This document shows, in pieces, positions 37,941-50,440 of a stretch of 64,000 nt of DNA. The position numbers and the translations under genes are program-made. Within the stretch, counting starts at the first letter, position 1. Each line of letters starts with the position of its first letter. This DNA comes from Paraspadella gotoi (taxonomy: Eukaryota; Animalia; Chaetognatha), in the NCBI GenBank assembly GCA_051294375.1, contig CM119266.1, forward strand, positions 24,634,312 through 24,698,311, read 5' to 3'. Below the pieces are notes generated by a model. It searched no databases. It saw nothing but the letters and a program-made list of their open reading frames with translations, and had not been told where the DNA came from.

Positions 37941-38153
37941 AGATGAACGGTTGATGGATTTTAGTCCACCATAGTATATTCATTGTGTTAATAATTAAAA
38001 CTTCAGAAAATAAAAAAGAACGGACAATTAAACGTAAATCAATAAAGCTCATGCATTAAGAATAAATGAAGCTTGATGCGATTCGTAAAAAATGCGCTTA
38101 GCAAACATCGACTTAATACTTCGCATTCGTGTTACTTTACTCTAGTTGAGAAA

Positions 38154-39676
38154 ATGAAGAGAGTCAATTTGGATAAGAAAAAAATTCTGGCCGGCATAAT
38201 TGAGGCGAGTGGCTCCAACATAGACGAGTCCCCTTGTCAAATTAGCAAACTTTCTAAAAGATCTTACAATGAACCGGAAACGCTTCGACGAGACATAGGC
38301 GCTTTGCCACGAGAGGCGCTGTTTGCCGACCGCGAAGATCGTCGAAAGGAAACTTTCCCGTTTGCAAAAATTCTGCACAGTACTCCGCAACAACAGAAAA
38401 AGGACGAGCCAGCAGAAATACCAGTATGCCATCAACCATTTAATTTTTATGGCCGCAAGGTTTTACATAGTTCTTTCATCCATTTAAGGACATTTCAACC
38501 ATCATGCAAGAAGACCGGGACGATTGGTTGCAACCGCGTTCCCTCATGGTCATCTCTACCGAAATTGTTCCCCCCGAATTCAGCGACTTACCTTTGTCCG
38601 GGGAATCGCTTCCAGCGTCCACCTCACGTGAACCAATTCGAGAAAAGAAAAGGAGGTAACCAACAAGCAGGGTGGCAAGCGCCCACCGTCTCCCTTCTCG
38701 TATCAACTCAAATTTTTCTTAGAAATGAGTTCGACTACCAAAGCAAAGGAGGGATGATCCGAAGAAAAAATGCGGCCGAACGCCAGGAAAACCACAAAGA
38801 AACTCATGCTGAAGAAAACGTGGCTGGGATTTCCCCCATGTCCCGAGAATTGAAGTTGATCGAACCGAGCGAGAGTCCCGAGAAGGTCAACGTGCTTTCC
38901 AACTCCTTTCTCAAAAGCGGACGTTGGAAACGATCAGGGGAAGAAGAAAAGGTCAAATTTGGAAACAAAAGCTCGGTAAATTGTGTTTCAATTAGGAAGA
39001 GTTAACCGATTACTATTATTATTTATGTAATTGGTACAATCAATATAAAAATTATGTATATATCATTTTGTAAACTTATAAACTGATTATTCTAACCTGT
39101 GGTGAATCGTAAACTAGCCTCCCGTATAGCTTGGTAAAACTCAGCTCGTCCCATTGGCTTGGACAGCTTAGCGAGTTACAGGTTCAATCCCCTCACGGTC
39201 ACGCTGGTTAAAAGTGTGATGGTGTCGGCAAAAACACGCCAGTGTCATGGGGTGTTCACTGCAGGTTTAAAGCCCTGAGCGCCAACTGTCGGGAGATTAT
39301 TCACACTCCGGGCATCGCACATGTCTCCCTGTTGCCATACTATAATTTTGAACACAAAGCGTAATTGTCCCCAGGAAAAACTAAGCATTACTCGGACATC
39401 TATCAACATAGCGACCTTAACTAGTCGCTGGAAAGAAAAGGCGCGCGAAAAAAACAATAGTGGTAATATTAATAATTTGTCTTGCATCCGTCGTATATTT
39501 CTCAGAATTTATACCATTTTAATAATGTACAGAATTCCAAGACGGCAAAAAGAACTCTCGGCCTTGCCAAGTCACAAAATCTTTTCATGAAAAAAATCGT
39601 TCCAGCAATTCGCAAAAAATTTCACTCGGACGCGTTGAAAGAATGGAAGCACACAGAGAGAAAGAAAAAAAGATAA
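38154..39676 (+). CDS. Putative orphan basic protein, at least 2 exons
   Basis: 310-codon ORF with ATG at 38154 after a tctag acceptor. Donor gtaaat at ~38976 splices in phase to ~39533 (NSKTAKRTLGLAKSQNLF...KKKR*). Confidence 0.45.
39117..39335 (+). mobile_element. tRNA-derived SINE family B; second copy at 59590-59845
   Basis: Both copies share aaactcagct-gtcccatt-gcttggacagct, a B box ggtt(c/t)aatccc and aaagccctgagcgcca. Both are intronic. Confidence 0.7.
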
Positions 39677-39975
39677 AGCATCGAAAGGAAAAAGCGTCGA
39701 AAATTAATCCTTGGACTTCTGGTTGCAAAATTGTAATGGAAGTAACGATTGACACGGACGACGAAGACTGCTTTCTCTGCAAGGACTGGCTTTGCTAGTT
39801 CCGCAGTCAGTCTATGAACACACGGTTTAGTTCAAGTTTCTTTACCACCACTTCTCGCATCATTAAATTATTTTGTATTCTATTCATTGTATTCGATCTT
39901 TCTTTTTGTTGTTTGTTTAAATTTAAGGAGTTTAACGAAAATTCGTTTTTGAACAACAATTTATTAAGTTTATAA

Positions 39976-40013
39976 GGACATGTTTCGACTCTATGTTTCG
40001 AGTCTTCATCAGC
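39976..40013 (-). ncRNA. Minimal hammerhead ribozyme in a Penelope pLTR fragment (~39870-40045)
   Basis: Reverse complement reads g-CTGATGA-agactc-gaaacata-gagtc-GAAA-cat-GTC-c. Confidence 0.8.
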
Positions 40014-40644
40014 AAGTGAAAATATCAAAGTCACATATCTCAAATAGCGGTAGACGACCAAATGCAAATTTTAATGGGAACAGCATTAAAATAATCCATT
40101 ATTGGTATTAATTATTGTGTTAAAATATTTTTTTTGCAAAAATGTTCTGAACGATAGAGTAATTCGCTAATTAATATTATTATAATGCTATATAATGTAA
40201 AAATTTTTTTTTGATATTTTAAGTTTTTTAATTGATTCTGATAGAGCTTAAAAAGTTAAGCAAAAAATATAATTACAACTTTTTAAATTTTGATGTTTTA
40301 TTACTAAAAATTAGTAAAAACTGTTAAAATCATCGGATGATGATGATGATGATGATTTTTTAAGTTTTTCCCAATTTTAACCCACTTATCATCAAAATAT
40401 TTAAAAAAGAATTATATTTTTATAGATAACTTTTCATAAGCTATTTGAATCTGCTTTTATAAATGCAAAATTCAAAAATATTTTTGATATTTCCTATCTA
40501 TAATAAATATTAAAAAATAATTACTAATGCTTCTAGCCATTTTGGAAAGTTTTGGTCCATTGAAAAGTTTTTTCAGAAATGTATGAAGTTTCATTTGGAA
40601 AGGTTCCCAAATCAAACTTCTGACCACCCCATTGACAAAGTTTG

Positions 40645-41020
40645 GCTCTATCTCAAACATCAGTTTTGGAGGGAGAGAGATAGAGAGCGAGAGAGAGAGA
40701 GAGAGAAGAAAGAAAAAGAGAGAGAGTTTCCAACGAAGAATTGAGTGAGGGATAGTGGTCAGATGTGAGGAAGTGTGTAGGAAGGGCAGTGAATTTGAAA
40801 ATTGGAAAATTTGGTGAAAGAGAGAGAGACACAAATCAATACATTAGCCAATGTACAACAATGATAAAATTAGAGAATAAACTAAATGTATAACAATAAT
40901 TAATAAGTTAGTTATTAACTGAGTTTGAAATTTGAAAATTTGAAAGTGAAAAAGAAGAATAAGTAGTGAGGGATAGATAAGTTAAGAGTAAGTGAAAAGG
41001 TAAGGTAAGAAAGAACTCAA
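40645..41020 (-). repeat. Inverted Penelope pLTR abutting the truncated element
   Basis: Reverse complement matches 44830-45205 and 42128-42270. Confidence 0.8.
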
Positions 41021-41039
41021 AAATGATAGTATCGGAAAG

Positions 41040-42280
41040 CAGATGATACCATCCTGGCTGTGCGCAAAAATCTCATTGAGACCTTACTGACACATCTGAA
41101 CGGCAAAGAAGCTAGCATCAAGTGGACATGTGAAAAGGAGGTGAATGGTCAAATTCCAATGCTCAATGTGCTTATAAAGCGCAAAGAGGGCGGCTCATTG
41201 GAATTTTCAGTATATCGCAAACCGACCCACACTGACCTATGATTCCCTATGATTCGCATGCTCCCTTGTCGAACAAGCTGGCCACGGTCAGGTCTCTTAC
41301 CAGGAGAGCTCAGCTAATTCCGTCGACCCCCGAGCTTCAGGCCGCCGAGCTTGAGCATATCAAGAGAGCCCTGGCGATCAATGGTTACCCTCTGTGGGCG
41401 TTCGAGAATGCAAGGTTTCGGCAAAAACCTGGCTGAGGACAGTGGTCACCAAGGGGCTGTCCAAGTAACTGCTGACGCAGGTTCGACCTCCAACCCCCAG
41501 GAGGAAGAGCGAGGTCTTGCTGCTGAAGGACCTACCGCGCCCACCACAGCGTAATTGGGAGATAAGCAGAAGCGTCTCAAGAACGTGGGTCACTTGTCCC
41601 TCCCACACCACCAGGGGATCACTGAATCATTGGTGTGGGTGCTAGCAAAGCAGGGGATCTCCAGTTCGGTGATGACCCGCGGCTCTTTACTTGATCAATT
41701 GGTGAAACCGAAAGACAAAATCCCCAGACCGAAAACATCAGGAGCCATCTATTGGGTGGACTGTGCAGGGGCGAGCAACCAAGCCTGTACAGCAGCATAT
41801 GTGGGCGAGACAGGCAAATCTCTTTCAGATCGGTTTCAGCAGCAGTTAAAGCCTACTGCGACGCGAGAGGGCACTTCCTGTCGGCAATTGCAGAACATGC
41901 AATGAACATGGGCCATCTGTTCAGAGGAAGACTGTCTCGTGCTGTCCCATGACCAGAGCTGGTTCTCAAGAGGTATTAGAGAGGCTATTTACATCAAGGC
42001 CCTCGAGCCCTCTTTGAACCGTGATGGAGGAAGATTCGAACTCCCTCCAAGCTATGATTCGCTTATTAAAATTGTGGTGGAGCACCCAACGCCACCTCAG
42101 CCGCATGATGATTCCCCTGTTCCTACTGTTCACTTACTCTCTTCTTCCCTGCCCTTACCTTCACCAGTCCTCACATCTGACCACTATCCTTCACTCAATT
42201 CTTTGTTGGAAACTCTTTTTCTTTTTCTTTATCTTTCTCTCTCCCTCCAAAACTGATGTTTGAGATATGTGACTTTGGTA
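41040..42280 (+). mobile_element. 5'-truncated, frameshifted Penelope-like retroelement: RT C-terminus, GIY-YIG endonuclease and 3' pLTR
   Basis: ADDT...HLN...IKWTCEKE...SVYRKPTHTD, SNKLATVRSLTRRA...NGYP, GAIYWVDC...YVGETG, SAIAEH and IREAIYIKALEPSLNRDGG are hallmark Penelope motifs spread over several frames. Confidence 0.92.
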
Positions 42281-42539
42281 TTATATTCAATAAATGAATT
42301 CATGTTCTCACCACATTTGAAATGACTTGAGAATCCTTTCTTCGTCGTCATATTCATCGTTAACATTTTTTTTTCCTTTAACGAAGTCACAGACTACGAC
42401 TTCGCCTTCGCTTTCCTGTTTTGAACAAAAAAAATCTTAAAAGCATAAGGATCATCGCAATTGCATAAGAAAAATCTGGATTGAAGACAAATTTTATACT
42501 AAAAAAAATCAAATTTGAGAAAAGAAAATTAATTTATAA

Positions 42540-43200
42540 ACAAAAAAAAAGAAGAAAAGAATAAATATAAATAAAGAATAGAAAGGAAAGAAAGAATAGA
42601 AAGGAAAGAAAAAAGAGAAAGAAAAAAGAGAAAGAAAAAAGAGAAAGAAAAAAAGGAAAGAAAGAAAAGAAAGGAAAGAAAGAAAAGAAAGGAAAGAAAG
42701 AATAGAAAGGAAAGAAAAAAGAAAGAAAGGAATGAAAGGAAAGAAAGAATAGAAAGAAAGGAATAAAAAAAAGAAAGAAAAGAAGGAAAGANNNNNNNNN
42801 NNNNNNNNNNNNNNNNNNNNNNNNNNNNNNNNNNNNNNNNNNNNNNNNNNNNNNNNNNNNNNNNNNNNNNNNNNNNNNNNNNNNNNNNNNNNNNNNNNNN
42901 NNNNNNNNNNNNNNNNNNNNNNNNNNNNNNNNNNNNNNNNNNNNNNNNNNNNNNNNNNNNNNNNNNNNNNNNNNNNNNNNNNNNNNNNNNNNNNNNNNNN
43001 NNNNNNNNNNNNNNNNNNNNNNNNNNNNNNNNNNNNNNNNNNNNNNNNNNNNNNNNNNNNNNNNNNNNNNNNNNNNNNNNNNNNNNNNNNNNNNNNNNNN
43101 NNNNNNNNNNNNNNNNNNNNNNNNNNNNNNNNNNNNNNNNNNNNNNNNNNNNNNNNNNNNNNNNAAAGAATAGAAAGGAAAGAAAGAATAGAAAGGAAAA
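42540..43200. repeat. GAAA-rich simple repeat spanning an assembly gap (N run ~42792-43164)
   Basis: Direct inspection. Confidence 0.9.
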
Positions 43201-43659
43201 AATAAAAATAAAGAGAGAGTGACGAGAAGAAAGAAGGAAACAAAATCCCGATGTTGCGATAGCAAAATGATAACATGCACAAATGCGAAGCCTAATTTAA
43301 CGAGTTCAATCCTCATTCAATTTTTTTTTTAAATATTTTTTTGTTTGAATTTCCACTTCATTATGATTTACTGCAATATGCAAATGAGATTATAGTACTC
43401 ATTATAATATTCAAATTAATATATAGAAATGCTTTAATCTAATTTACATATTGCAGTAAATATTAAATATTGAAGATGAAATTCATAAAAAAATATTTGA
43501 ATCAATAAAAAACGTGTGAAATCAAAAGACCTTTTTAATGAGAAGTTATATCTTAATTTTAATACAAATAAAAATAAAATCTTTTACAAACTATGATTAA
43601 AAAAAAATGTAACAATTTCCAATTGTAAACAATTGTAACATTTTTTTGCCTTTCTTTTA

Positions 43660-44047
43660 ATAAATAATTATTGTATTCGATCTTTCTTTTTGTTGTTTGT
43701 GTTTAAGGAGTGTAACGAAAAATTTGTTTTTAAACAACAATTTGTTTAACAGTTTCTAAGGACATGTTTCGACTCTATGTTTCGAGTCTTCATCAGCAAG
43801 TGAAAATATTAGAATCAGTTATCTCAAACATCAGTTTTTGGAGAGAGAGAGAGAGAGAGAGAGTAAGAGAGAGAGAGAGAGAAAAAAGAGAGAGAGTTTC
43901 TAACAAAAAATTGAGTGAGGGATAGTGGTCAGATGTGAGGACAGGTGAAGGTAAGGGCAGGGAAGAAGAGAGTGAGTGAATTTGAAAATTGGAAAAATTG
44001 GTGAAAGAGAGAGAGATGGAGAGAGAAAGATGAATCAATACATTAGG
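43660..44047 (-). repeat. Penelope pLTR, minus strand
   Basis: Reverse complement of ~44985-45320. Confidence 0.85.
43760..43797 (-). ncRNA. Minimal hammerhead ribozyme in a pLTR
   Basis: Core identical to 39976-40013. Confidence 0.8.
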
Positions 44048-44829
44048 CAGCTCGCCCCTTATCTGCGGGGTGAACCATGATTGCTCGATTTCGCTTAAGT
44101 GAGGCAATGGCCTTGCGCTCAACCTCAACCGAGCCTGCAGCAACTTGGTGTGACTCTTCTCGCGCCGAGCGCCGCCCAAAGCGACGACTGCAGGAGGAGG
44201 AAGAGGAGTCTGTATCACCTGTCCCAAAACAGGCCAGAACAGGCAACCGCCCACCTCACCGTCAGGTGAGAGGAGGGCCCTTGGTAGGCCTATCAGGTCA
44301 AAGAGATATTCGAGTGGCACTTGGCATCTTTCCAGCCGGATCACTACCAGATCCTTTCATGTCCCACTCCACCTCAATATCCTCGTGTTCTGCTGACATC
44401 ACGGCAACCGTTGTAACAACAACCAGTTTAATATCACAGAGTATTGTAAACAAAGTTTAAAAAATACCTATATTTCAAGAATATCAAATATAAATTTTCC
44501 CTTATTTTATCTTACTTTAAATATTATCTTACATCTATGGATTCCCCGTATTTGACCAAGTACAATATAAAATTAATTAGACAAAAAGAATATTAAATAA
44601 ATTTCCCTCAGCAAAAAAGGGCGGGGCCGTCCTCTCGTCTCCCAAACTCGTATGCGCCTTTCTTCCGCCTCCGTCGCTGCTCGGCGCCGCGTAAGAAAGA
44701 ATTTGCCGCGCCCGGTGGCCGCGTCGTGCCGCTGAGTTGGCCCGCCTCTCTTTACAACCTATGACAGGTCAATGACCCGACCACATCGTCCAATGTCCCT
44801 CATTTGCCCGGCCGGGGGGGGGCAGCTCA

Positions 44830-45320
44830 TTTTGAGCTCTTTCTTTACCTTACTCTCTAACTTATCTAATCCCTCACTATTATTCTTCATTTCACTTTCC
44901 TTACTTCAAATTCAAACTCAGTCATAACTAACTTATTAATTATTGTTATAACATTATTTATTCTCTAATTTTATCATTGTTGTACATTGCCTAATGTTAT
45001 TGATTCATCTTTCTCTCTCTCCATCTCTCTCTCTTTCACCAATTTTCCAATTTTCAAATTCACTCACTCTCTTCTTCCCTGCCCTTACCTTCACCTGTCC
45101 TCACATCTGACCACTATCCCTCACTCAATTCTTTTGTTGGAAACTCTCTCTTTTTTCTCTCTCTCTCTTTCTTCTCTCTCTCTCCAAAAACTGATGTTTG
45201 AGATAACTGACTCTAATATTTTCACTTGCTGATGAAGACTCGAAACAGAGTCGAAACATGTCCTTAAAAACTGTTAAACAAATTGTTGTTCAAAAACGAA
45301 TTTTTCGTTACACTCCTTAA
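44830..45320 (+). repeat. Penelope pLTR, plus strand, longest copy
   Basis: Matches the other pLTR copies and contains a hammerhead. Confidence 0.85.
45228..45263 (+). ncRNA. Minimal hammerhead ribozyme in a pLTR
   Basis: g-CTGATGA-agactc-gaaaca-gagtc-GAAA-cat-GTC-c, with a palindromic ACATGT stem III. Confidence 0.82.
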
Positions 45321-45669
45321 ATAAATAATTAATACCAAAAAAAATATTTCTATTTATGTGAGGCACAGCCTTTTCTGAATCGTTTAAAAAAACGAGTTCA
45401 GGCTCTGCAGTGACTGTACAGAGGCTTTTCCAGCGGCTGTCCAGCTTTCTCTCTCTCTCTCTGTCTCTCTCTGTCCGATCTCTTGCGTGATCGTTCGTTT
45501 TTTTTTTAATTTTGATTATTTTTTTCCTTTTAAAAACTTTTATTATCGCTATTTATTCCGAGCTTTTTTCTCAATACAAAATCCCAAATTTACACCCGAG
45601 ATTTTCGTGGATTTATTCTCTTTCTTTCTCTCTCTTTCACTCATACACGCATTTGTTTGTTTTATTTAC

Positions 45670-45990
45670 GATGAATGATTCATCGAGGTAAATGAATGAT
45701 TATCATCGCATCAATGAATGACTATCATCGTATCAATGAAAGATTATCATCACATCAATGAATGACTCGCATCAATCATTTGGTTATCGTCAAATCAATC
45801 ATTTGGTTATCATCGCATCAATTATTGGTTATCATCGCATCAATTATTGGTTATCAACGCATCAATATTTGGTTATCATCGCATCAATATTTGGTTATCA
45901 TCGCGTCAATAATTTTGTTATCATCGCATCAATAATCAATTCCTATTACATCAATAAATTCCTATTACATCAATAATTCATTAATCATTA
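45670..45990. repeat. ~22-bp minisatellite (ttatcatcgcatcaatwwttgg)n
   Basis: Direct inspection. Confidence 0.85.
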
Positions 45991-45999
45991 TCGTATCAA

Positions 46000-47813
46000 T
46001 CATTCGTTTTTTCCTTGATTTTTTATTAATTTTCTTTGATAGCCAGCAGGCTCAATCAATACTACTTTTAAGATTTTTTTCAATAGATATAATTTGAATT
46101 GACAATTTACTTGAGATGCAGTAGCAGGAACTTCATACAATATCTCGTCATGATCCTCGAATTGAAATTGAGTATTGCAACTTGCGATGTCTTCAGGCGA
46201 ATTTCTTGGTCGATTTTCTTCAACTAATGCTTTTAGTTCTTTTTTTTCACCGAGAAGCTGTGATCGAGTTTCCGATGCAGGAGTGTCATCGACAATTTCG
46301 AACGTTCGCCCACTGCTTCTCTTTGATATATTTGAAGAGGAAGAAGACGATGCTAACTTTTCGACTTTTCCTCGCATCTTGACCTCCGTGCTAGAACCGC
46401 TTTCAAAAAGCAACTTGGCGCGCTTTTTGACCGGCAGGATTTCCTGCGACTGACCTTCTGATTTAAAAAGGTCGTTCCATGAATCGTCGCTCGAGTGCAG
46501 CGGGAGACGCGAGAGTTGGAGAGACGCTGGAGTCGAAGGTCCAGACGACGACGAAGATGATAAAGAAACGTGATTTTCGGAAATGAAATTTAAAAGTTTT
46601 GCCACGGTTTTCACGTCGACCCTATCGCTCGTGACTATCGGCGTCACAAACCTCGGTTTAATAAAATTGACCAGTTCGAGCTGCTCAATCAGGGAAGGAT
46701 GAAAACTATACATAAGTCGCGCTCGTTGTGGTGACACTCGTTCGAGAATGTCACGCGAACGGACGTTCTTTCGAGTCCACCACTGCGTTGATGCCGTGAT
46801 GTGTAGGACGTTATTCATCTCCACTGAAATTATTTTAAAGCATGATTCGTCGTCACCAGTGGAACAAGCGTGCATTCGCGTCGATGCAGCGTCTCGAGTG
46901 AATAACGCAGTCACTTCCGACAGGTCGCCGTATTGGCGCAACCGACGGTCAGAAACGTGCGTCTTCGTGCTAAATCGATCATTCAAATAAGCATAAAGTT
47001 TTTCGTGGCCGCAATGAGACTTGCCGTCGAAATTAACGACGTGGCGAGGGTCGCGCGAAAGCCAGTCCTCGATCTCTTCGGCGACACGTTCGGCGCTCGC
47101 ATGTCGCGTCGGAAGTTCGGGAAAATCTTCGTCGCAGAACGTCGTGTCAAGATAAAGGTGGTCGAGGACAGAGTCCTGTGGGTGAAAAGCTCGAAGAAAG
47201 GACAAGGAGCGATAAGAAGGCTCTTCCCAACGGTAGTCGCCAGTGTAAAGAACACAAACCGATTTGGCTGAGTAAATTAAATGTGAACTTCTTACTTATT
47301 TAAAAATTCAATCTTAATAATTAAACGTTTCAGAACCTTTTAAATAGATGCTTATCGATCCGGGACAATGCTGAGCTGGCAAAAACGTGACTTGCGCAAT
47401 TACACTTTCTCCCTCCGGTGAGCTTAACGTGACTTCAAAAGGCTGATTGACTTTTTTGGTCAATATTTTGGCGATGATACGGGAGAATCGTTTGTCGCAC
47501 TGAAAATATTGAGATAGCAAAGAAGGTAAACTTTTGTCTAATTTTCCAATTTTCTTTAAAAAAAATACATTGACATCCTTCGAACATAAAAAGTAACCTT
47601 TAAAATTTCTTTTGTTTCGTTAGAACAATAAAACCGTAAACGTGGATGCGTTGACACGCTCTCTTGAAACCGTCTACCATCGAGGCCATTCATGTGGTCA
47701 GAATGAGCATGACTCAAAATAAAAGCTTGAGCACTTTTGAAGTCAATAAAGTGTAATGAAAAGTTATCAATGAACAAGTTTGGAAATTCATTTATTCGAC
47801 CATCGAAATTCAT
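46000..47813 (-). CDS. DCLRE1C: Artemis nuclease (metallo-beta-lactamase/beta-CASP); 3' end may splice further
   Basis: Exons 47813-47598 (FDGRINEFPNLFIDNF...LSHAHSDHMNGL...YCSNETKEIL), ~47500-47338 (FLPAQHCPGS) and ~47268 onward (VLYTGDYR, LYLDTTFC, HAC). The N-terminus and beta-CASP region fit Artemis rather than SNM1A/B. Confidence 0.9.
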
Positions 47814-47960
47814 ATTTTATAGTTATACGTAACAAGCTGGAAAATACCTAAGAAATGAAGGAGATAAACAAAATACAAATTTTAAAAAAATCTTAACAGG
47901 CGATCATCTTACATTTTAAAATAATCATTCTAATAGAATAGAATTTCTATATTTGAAATT

Positions 47961-48464
47961 TCAAATATCTGGAACGGCCAATTTGGTTCCTTCTTGATAG
48001 TCGCAATACTTTTTGCTGGATCCTCGAACTTTTTCCGCAGGATATTTTTTCTCATTGTGCTTAAATTTGTCGAGTACAGCCTTTGGAAGGTTGACGTTGC
48101 ACCTCTCAGCCAGACGCACCAAATAGATGAACACGTCAGCCAACTCTTGCTCCAAATGTTCTTTGTCAGCAGTCGGCCAGTCAGGGAGCCCAACGGGAAC
48201 TTCTCCACGCCACTGGAACAGCTCAGAAAGTTCTCCCACCTCGCCCACCATAGCGATAAGAAGATTGCGAGGTGTGTGGTACTGCTCCCATTCTCGTTCC
48301 CGACAGAACTTGTTTTGAATGGCACGAACATTTTCTATGGTAAGGTCAGGATCAAATAGTTTTTCACAGCAGGAATGAGAATTTCGTGTTTCCTCGGTAA
48401 CATTTTGATTTTCTTCTGAAAGCTTCACTAGTTTCTCTCGGGGCTGACCCTCTGACGCCGCCAT
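47961..48464 (-). CDS. DCTPP1: dCTP pyrophosphatase 1 (MazG-like), intronless
   Basis: EREWEQYHTPRNLLIAMVGEVGELSELFQW...ELADVFIYLVRLAERC...NEKKYP...GSSKKY. Confidence 0.95.
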   Translation of the reverse strand: MAASEGQPREKLVKLSEENQNVTEETRNSHSCCEKLFDPDLTIENVRAIQNKFCREREWEQYHTPRNLLIAMVGEVGELSELFQWRGEVPVGLPDWPTADKEHLEQELADVFIYLVRLAERCNVNLPKAVLDKFKHNEKKYPAEKVRGSSKKYCDYQEGTKLAVPDI

Positions 48465-49263
48465 GGTGTCGATTGATGTTTATTCTAAAAAATATCAACG
48501 CTATCATATCATCAGTTGTTATTGACAATCAAAAAAAAAAGAGGAAAATTCGAATAAATAGATTTATGTCCAAGTATTGGCTATTGCTATTGCTTTTAAC
48601 TCAAAGGCATACCTACAAAAGTGGGCTGACATTGAATCAATAATATTACTTCCCTGAAAGTACAATTAACATAGGCTATTTCGATTAAGTGATTCGTCAG
48701 AGTAATGATGACTCCGACCAGTTTACTCATTACATACACTTTTTTCAATAAGTTTTAGCAAGTGAGTCCAATTCAAGCAATCGGGCGGCTATTTAGTTCT
48801 GCAAAGATATAAAATAAATTTAATTTTTTATCTACTGTTACCAATCAATTACTAATCATATGATTCTGAAAGTGATTAAATATTTAAAAAAATCGGCTTT
48901 GTATTTGGTTAAAAATATCATCAACACAACCTTGTTAAAGAGCAACTTCGCTTATTAACTAATTAAGGAATAATGATTCTTTATGATTACGAAGAAATTA
49001 AATCATCATAAAGAAAGTGGTTTAAATTTAATTTAACAGTTGAAATATAATTATTATTTTCTTACCCGAGAGTGTTGTAGTGCTTACCGAAAGTTCAGGT
49101 TCAGGTAATTTTTGATTGGGGGTTCCGAATTATTATTTTATGATATGTATTATGACAATATCTATCTTGATAAATCATCATCGTTTAAGGAATTTAANNN
49201 NNNNNNNGTTTGGCTCTACTAGAAAAACGGCGATCAAAAAAAAAAAATTACAGGAAAAACAAA

Positions 49264-49911
49264 TTACCAAATTAAATATCTTAAAAACATAAAAAAGATA
49301 ACGATGACTATTAAAATGGCAGCGACTTTCGCATAAGTTGACTTCATGTTAAGAAACTTTGCGTCTTTTTTATATTTTTGAGAAAGAACAGAAAGACCTT
49401 GAGCTTTATCATCAAGCGTGGACAAAGCTTCTCCACGCTGTAAGACGTCATCAATATTCTGAACCATTATTCTTTGTACATCTTGAAGTTCAGAATTTAT
49501 AGTCCCAAGATTTCGCCGAGCACGAGAGTCCGTGTAGTTCTTTTTTGTCTTCTGTATATAGTTGTCAAATTGGATAAAGCTATAGGGCCGCGATACAGTT
49601 CCCACACGGTTTCCATGAAGCGAGTCGAACTCATTTTGAAGGTCTTCAAGGTAGGCGAATGCCAGTCGCTTTGAGAACCCTTGTTCACACAAGGCCAAAT
49701 ACACAACACCTCTTTCGATTTGATAGTGAAATATGAGAGGTCCAGTTTCGATACTGCAACGAGCAGGAGAGTTAGTGTTTAGCTTCCGACAAAGACTTTT
49801 GGCTTGATTCTGATATTCTTGTAAGCTACGTCCTGATTGTTCATCTTCTTGAATTGAAGCAGCTAACGGAAGGCCATCGACAAGTCGGGCGATTATTGTT
49901 AAAAGTACCAT
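49264..49911 (-). CDS. SEC22B: Vesicle-trafficking longin R-SNARE Sec22b, 215 aa, intronless
   Basis: [19 protein letters not shown]...RPYSFIQFD...[24 protein letters not shown], with a C-terminal transmembrane segment. Confidence 0.97.
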   Translation of the reverse strand: MVLLTIIARLVDGLPLAASIQEDEQSGRSLQEYQNQAKSLCRKLNTNSPARCSIETGPLIFHYQIERGVVYLALCEQGFSKRLAFAYLEDLQNEFDSLHGNRVGTVSRPYSFIQFDNYIQKTKKNYTDSRARRNLGTINSELQDVQRIMVQNIDDVLQRGEALSTLDDKAQGLSVLSQKYKKDAKFLNMKSTYAKVAAILIVIVIFFMFLRYLIW

Positions 49912-50440
49912 TTTCCAGTTACTAATCACAAGCTTTCTTGAAAACAATGACTAAAAATTCCTTTACTGTTATATTTATAAACAATTTAGATTAAATCCAG
50001 GGTCAGCAAAAGCAAGAATTTATGCTATAAATTGCTTTTTAATATAAAAAGCTGTTCTATGATACTAGAGAAATAATAAAAGAAATTAATAATAATAATA
50101 GTACAACGAATAAGAAAGACAATTTAAGCTTGTTATATAAATATGTTACAGAATAAGATTGATCAAAAAAAAATTTTTGCTCGTGGAATTTTTAAAAGGC
50201 GGTCTAACTAATTTTGAGCAATAATCGATGACGTTTTCATTCTAAGAAGAGTTTTTGTCAGCCCTCTGGCCTCTGCCGGAGAAAGCTGGGACCAAAGAGA
50301 GCAAACAGCTGATCTTGACGAAAAGCGAACTACCACTCGAAACAAGAACTTTGAATTTAGGGGCGGATACAATGAACCCAAAACAATTCTTTTAATTTCT
50401 GCTTCAAATTGTCAAAACCGTGCAATCTACTGGCTTGAAG

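Noticed and set aside
42509-43316. 257-aa and 260-aa ORFs
   Set aside because: Open only because of the N-gap and GAAA repeats.
48700-48752. TGATGA within a small hairpin as another hammerhead
   Set aside because: It lacks the leading C and the GAAA-NUH half of the core.
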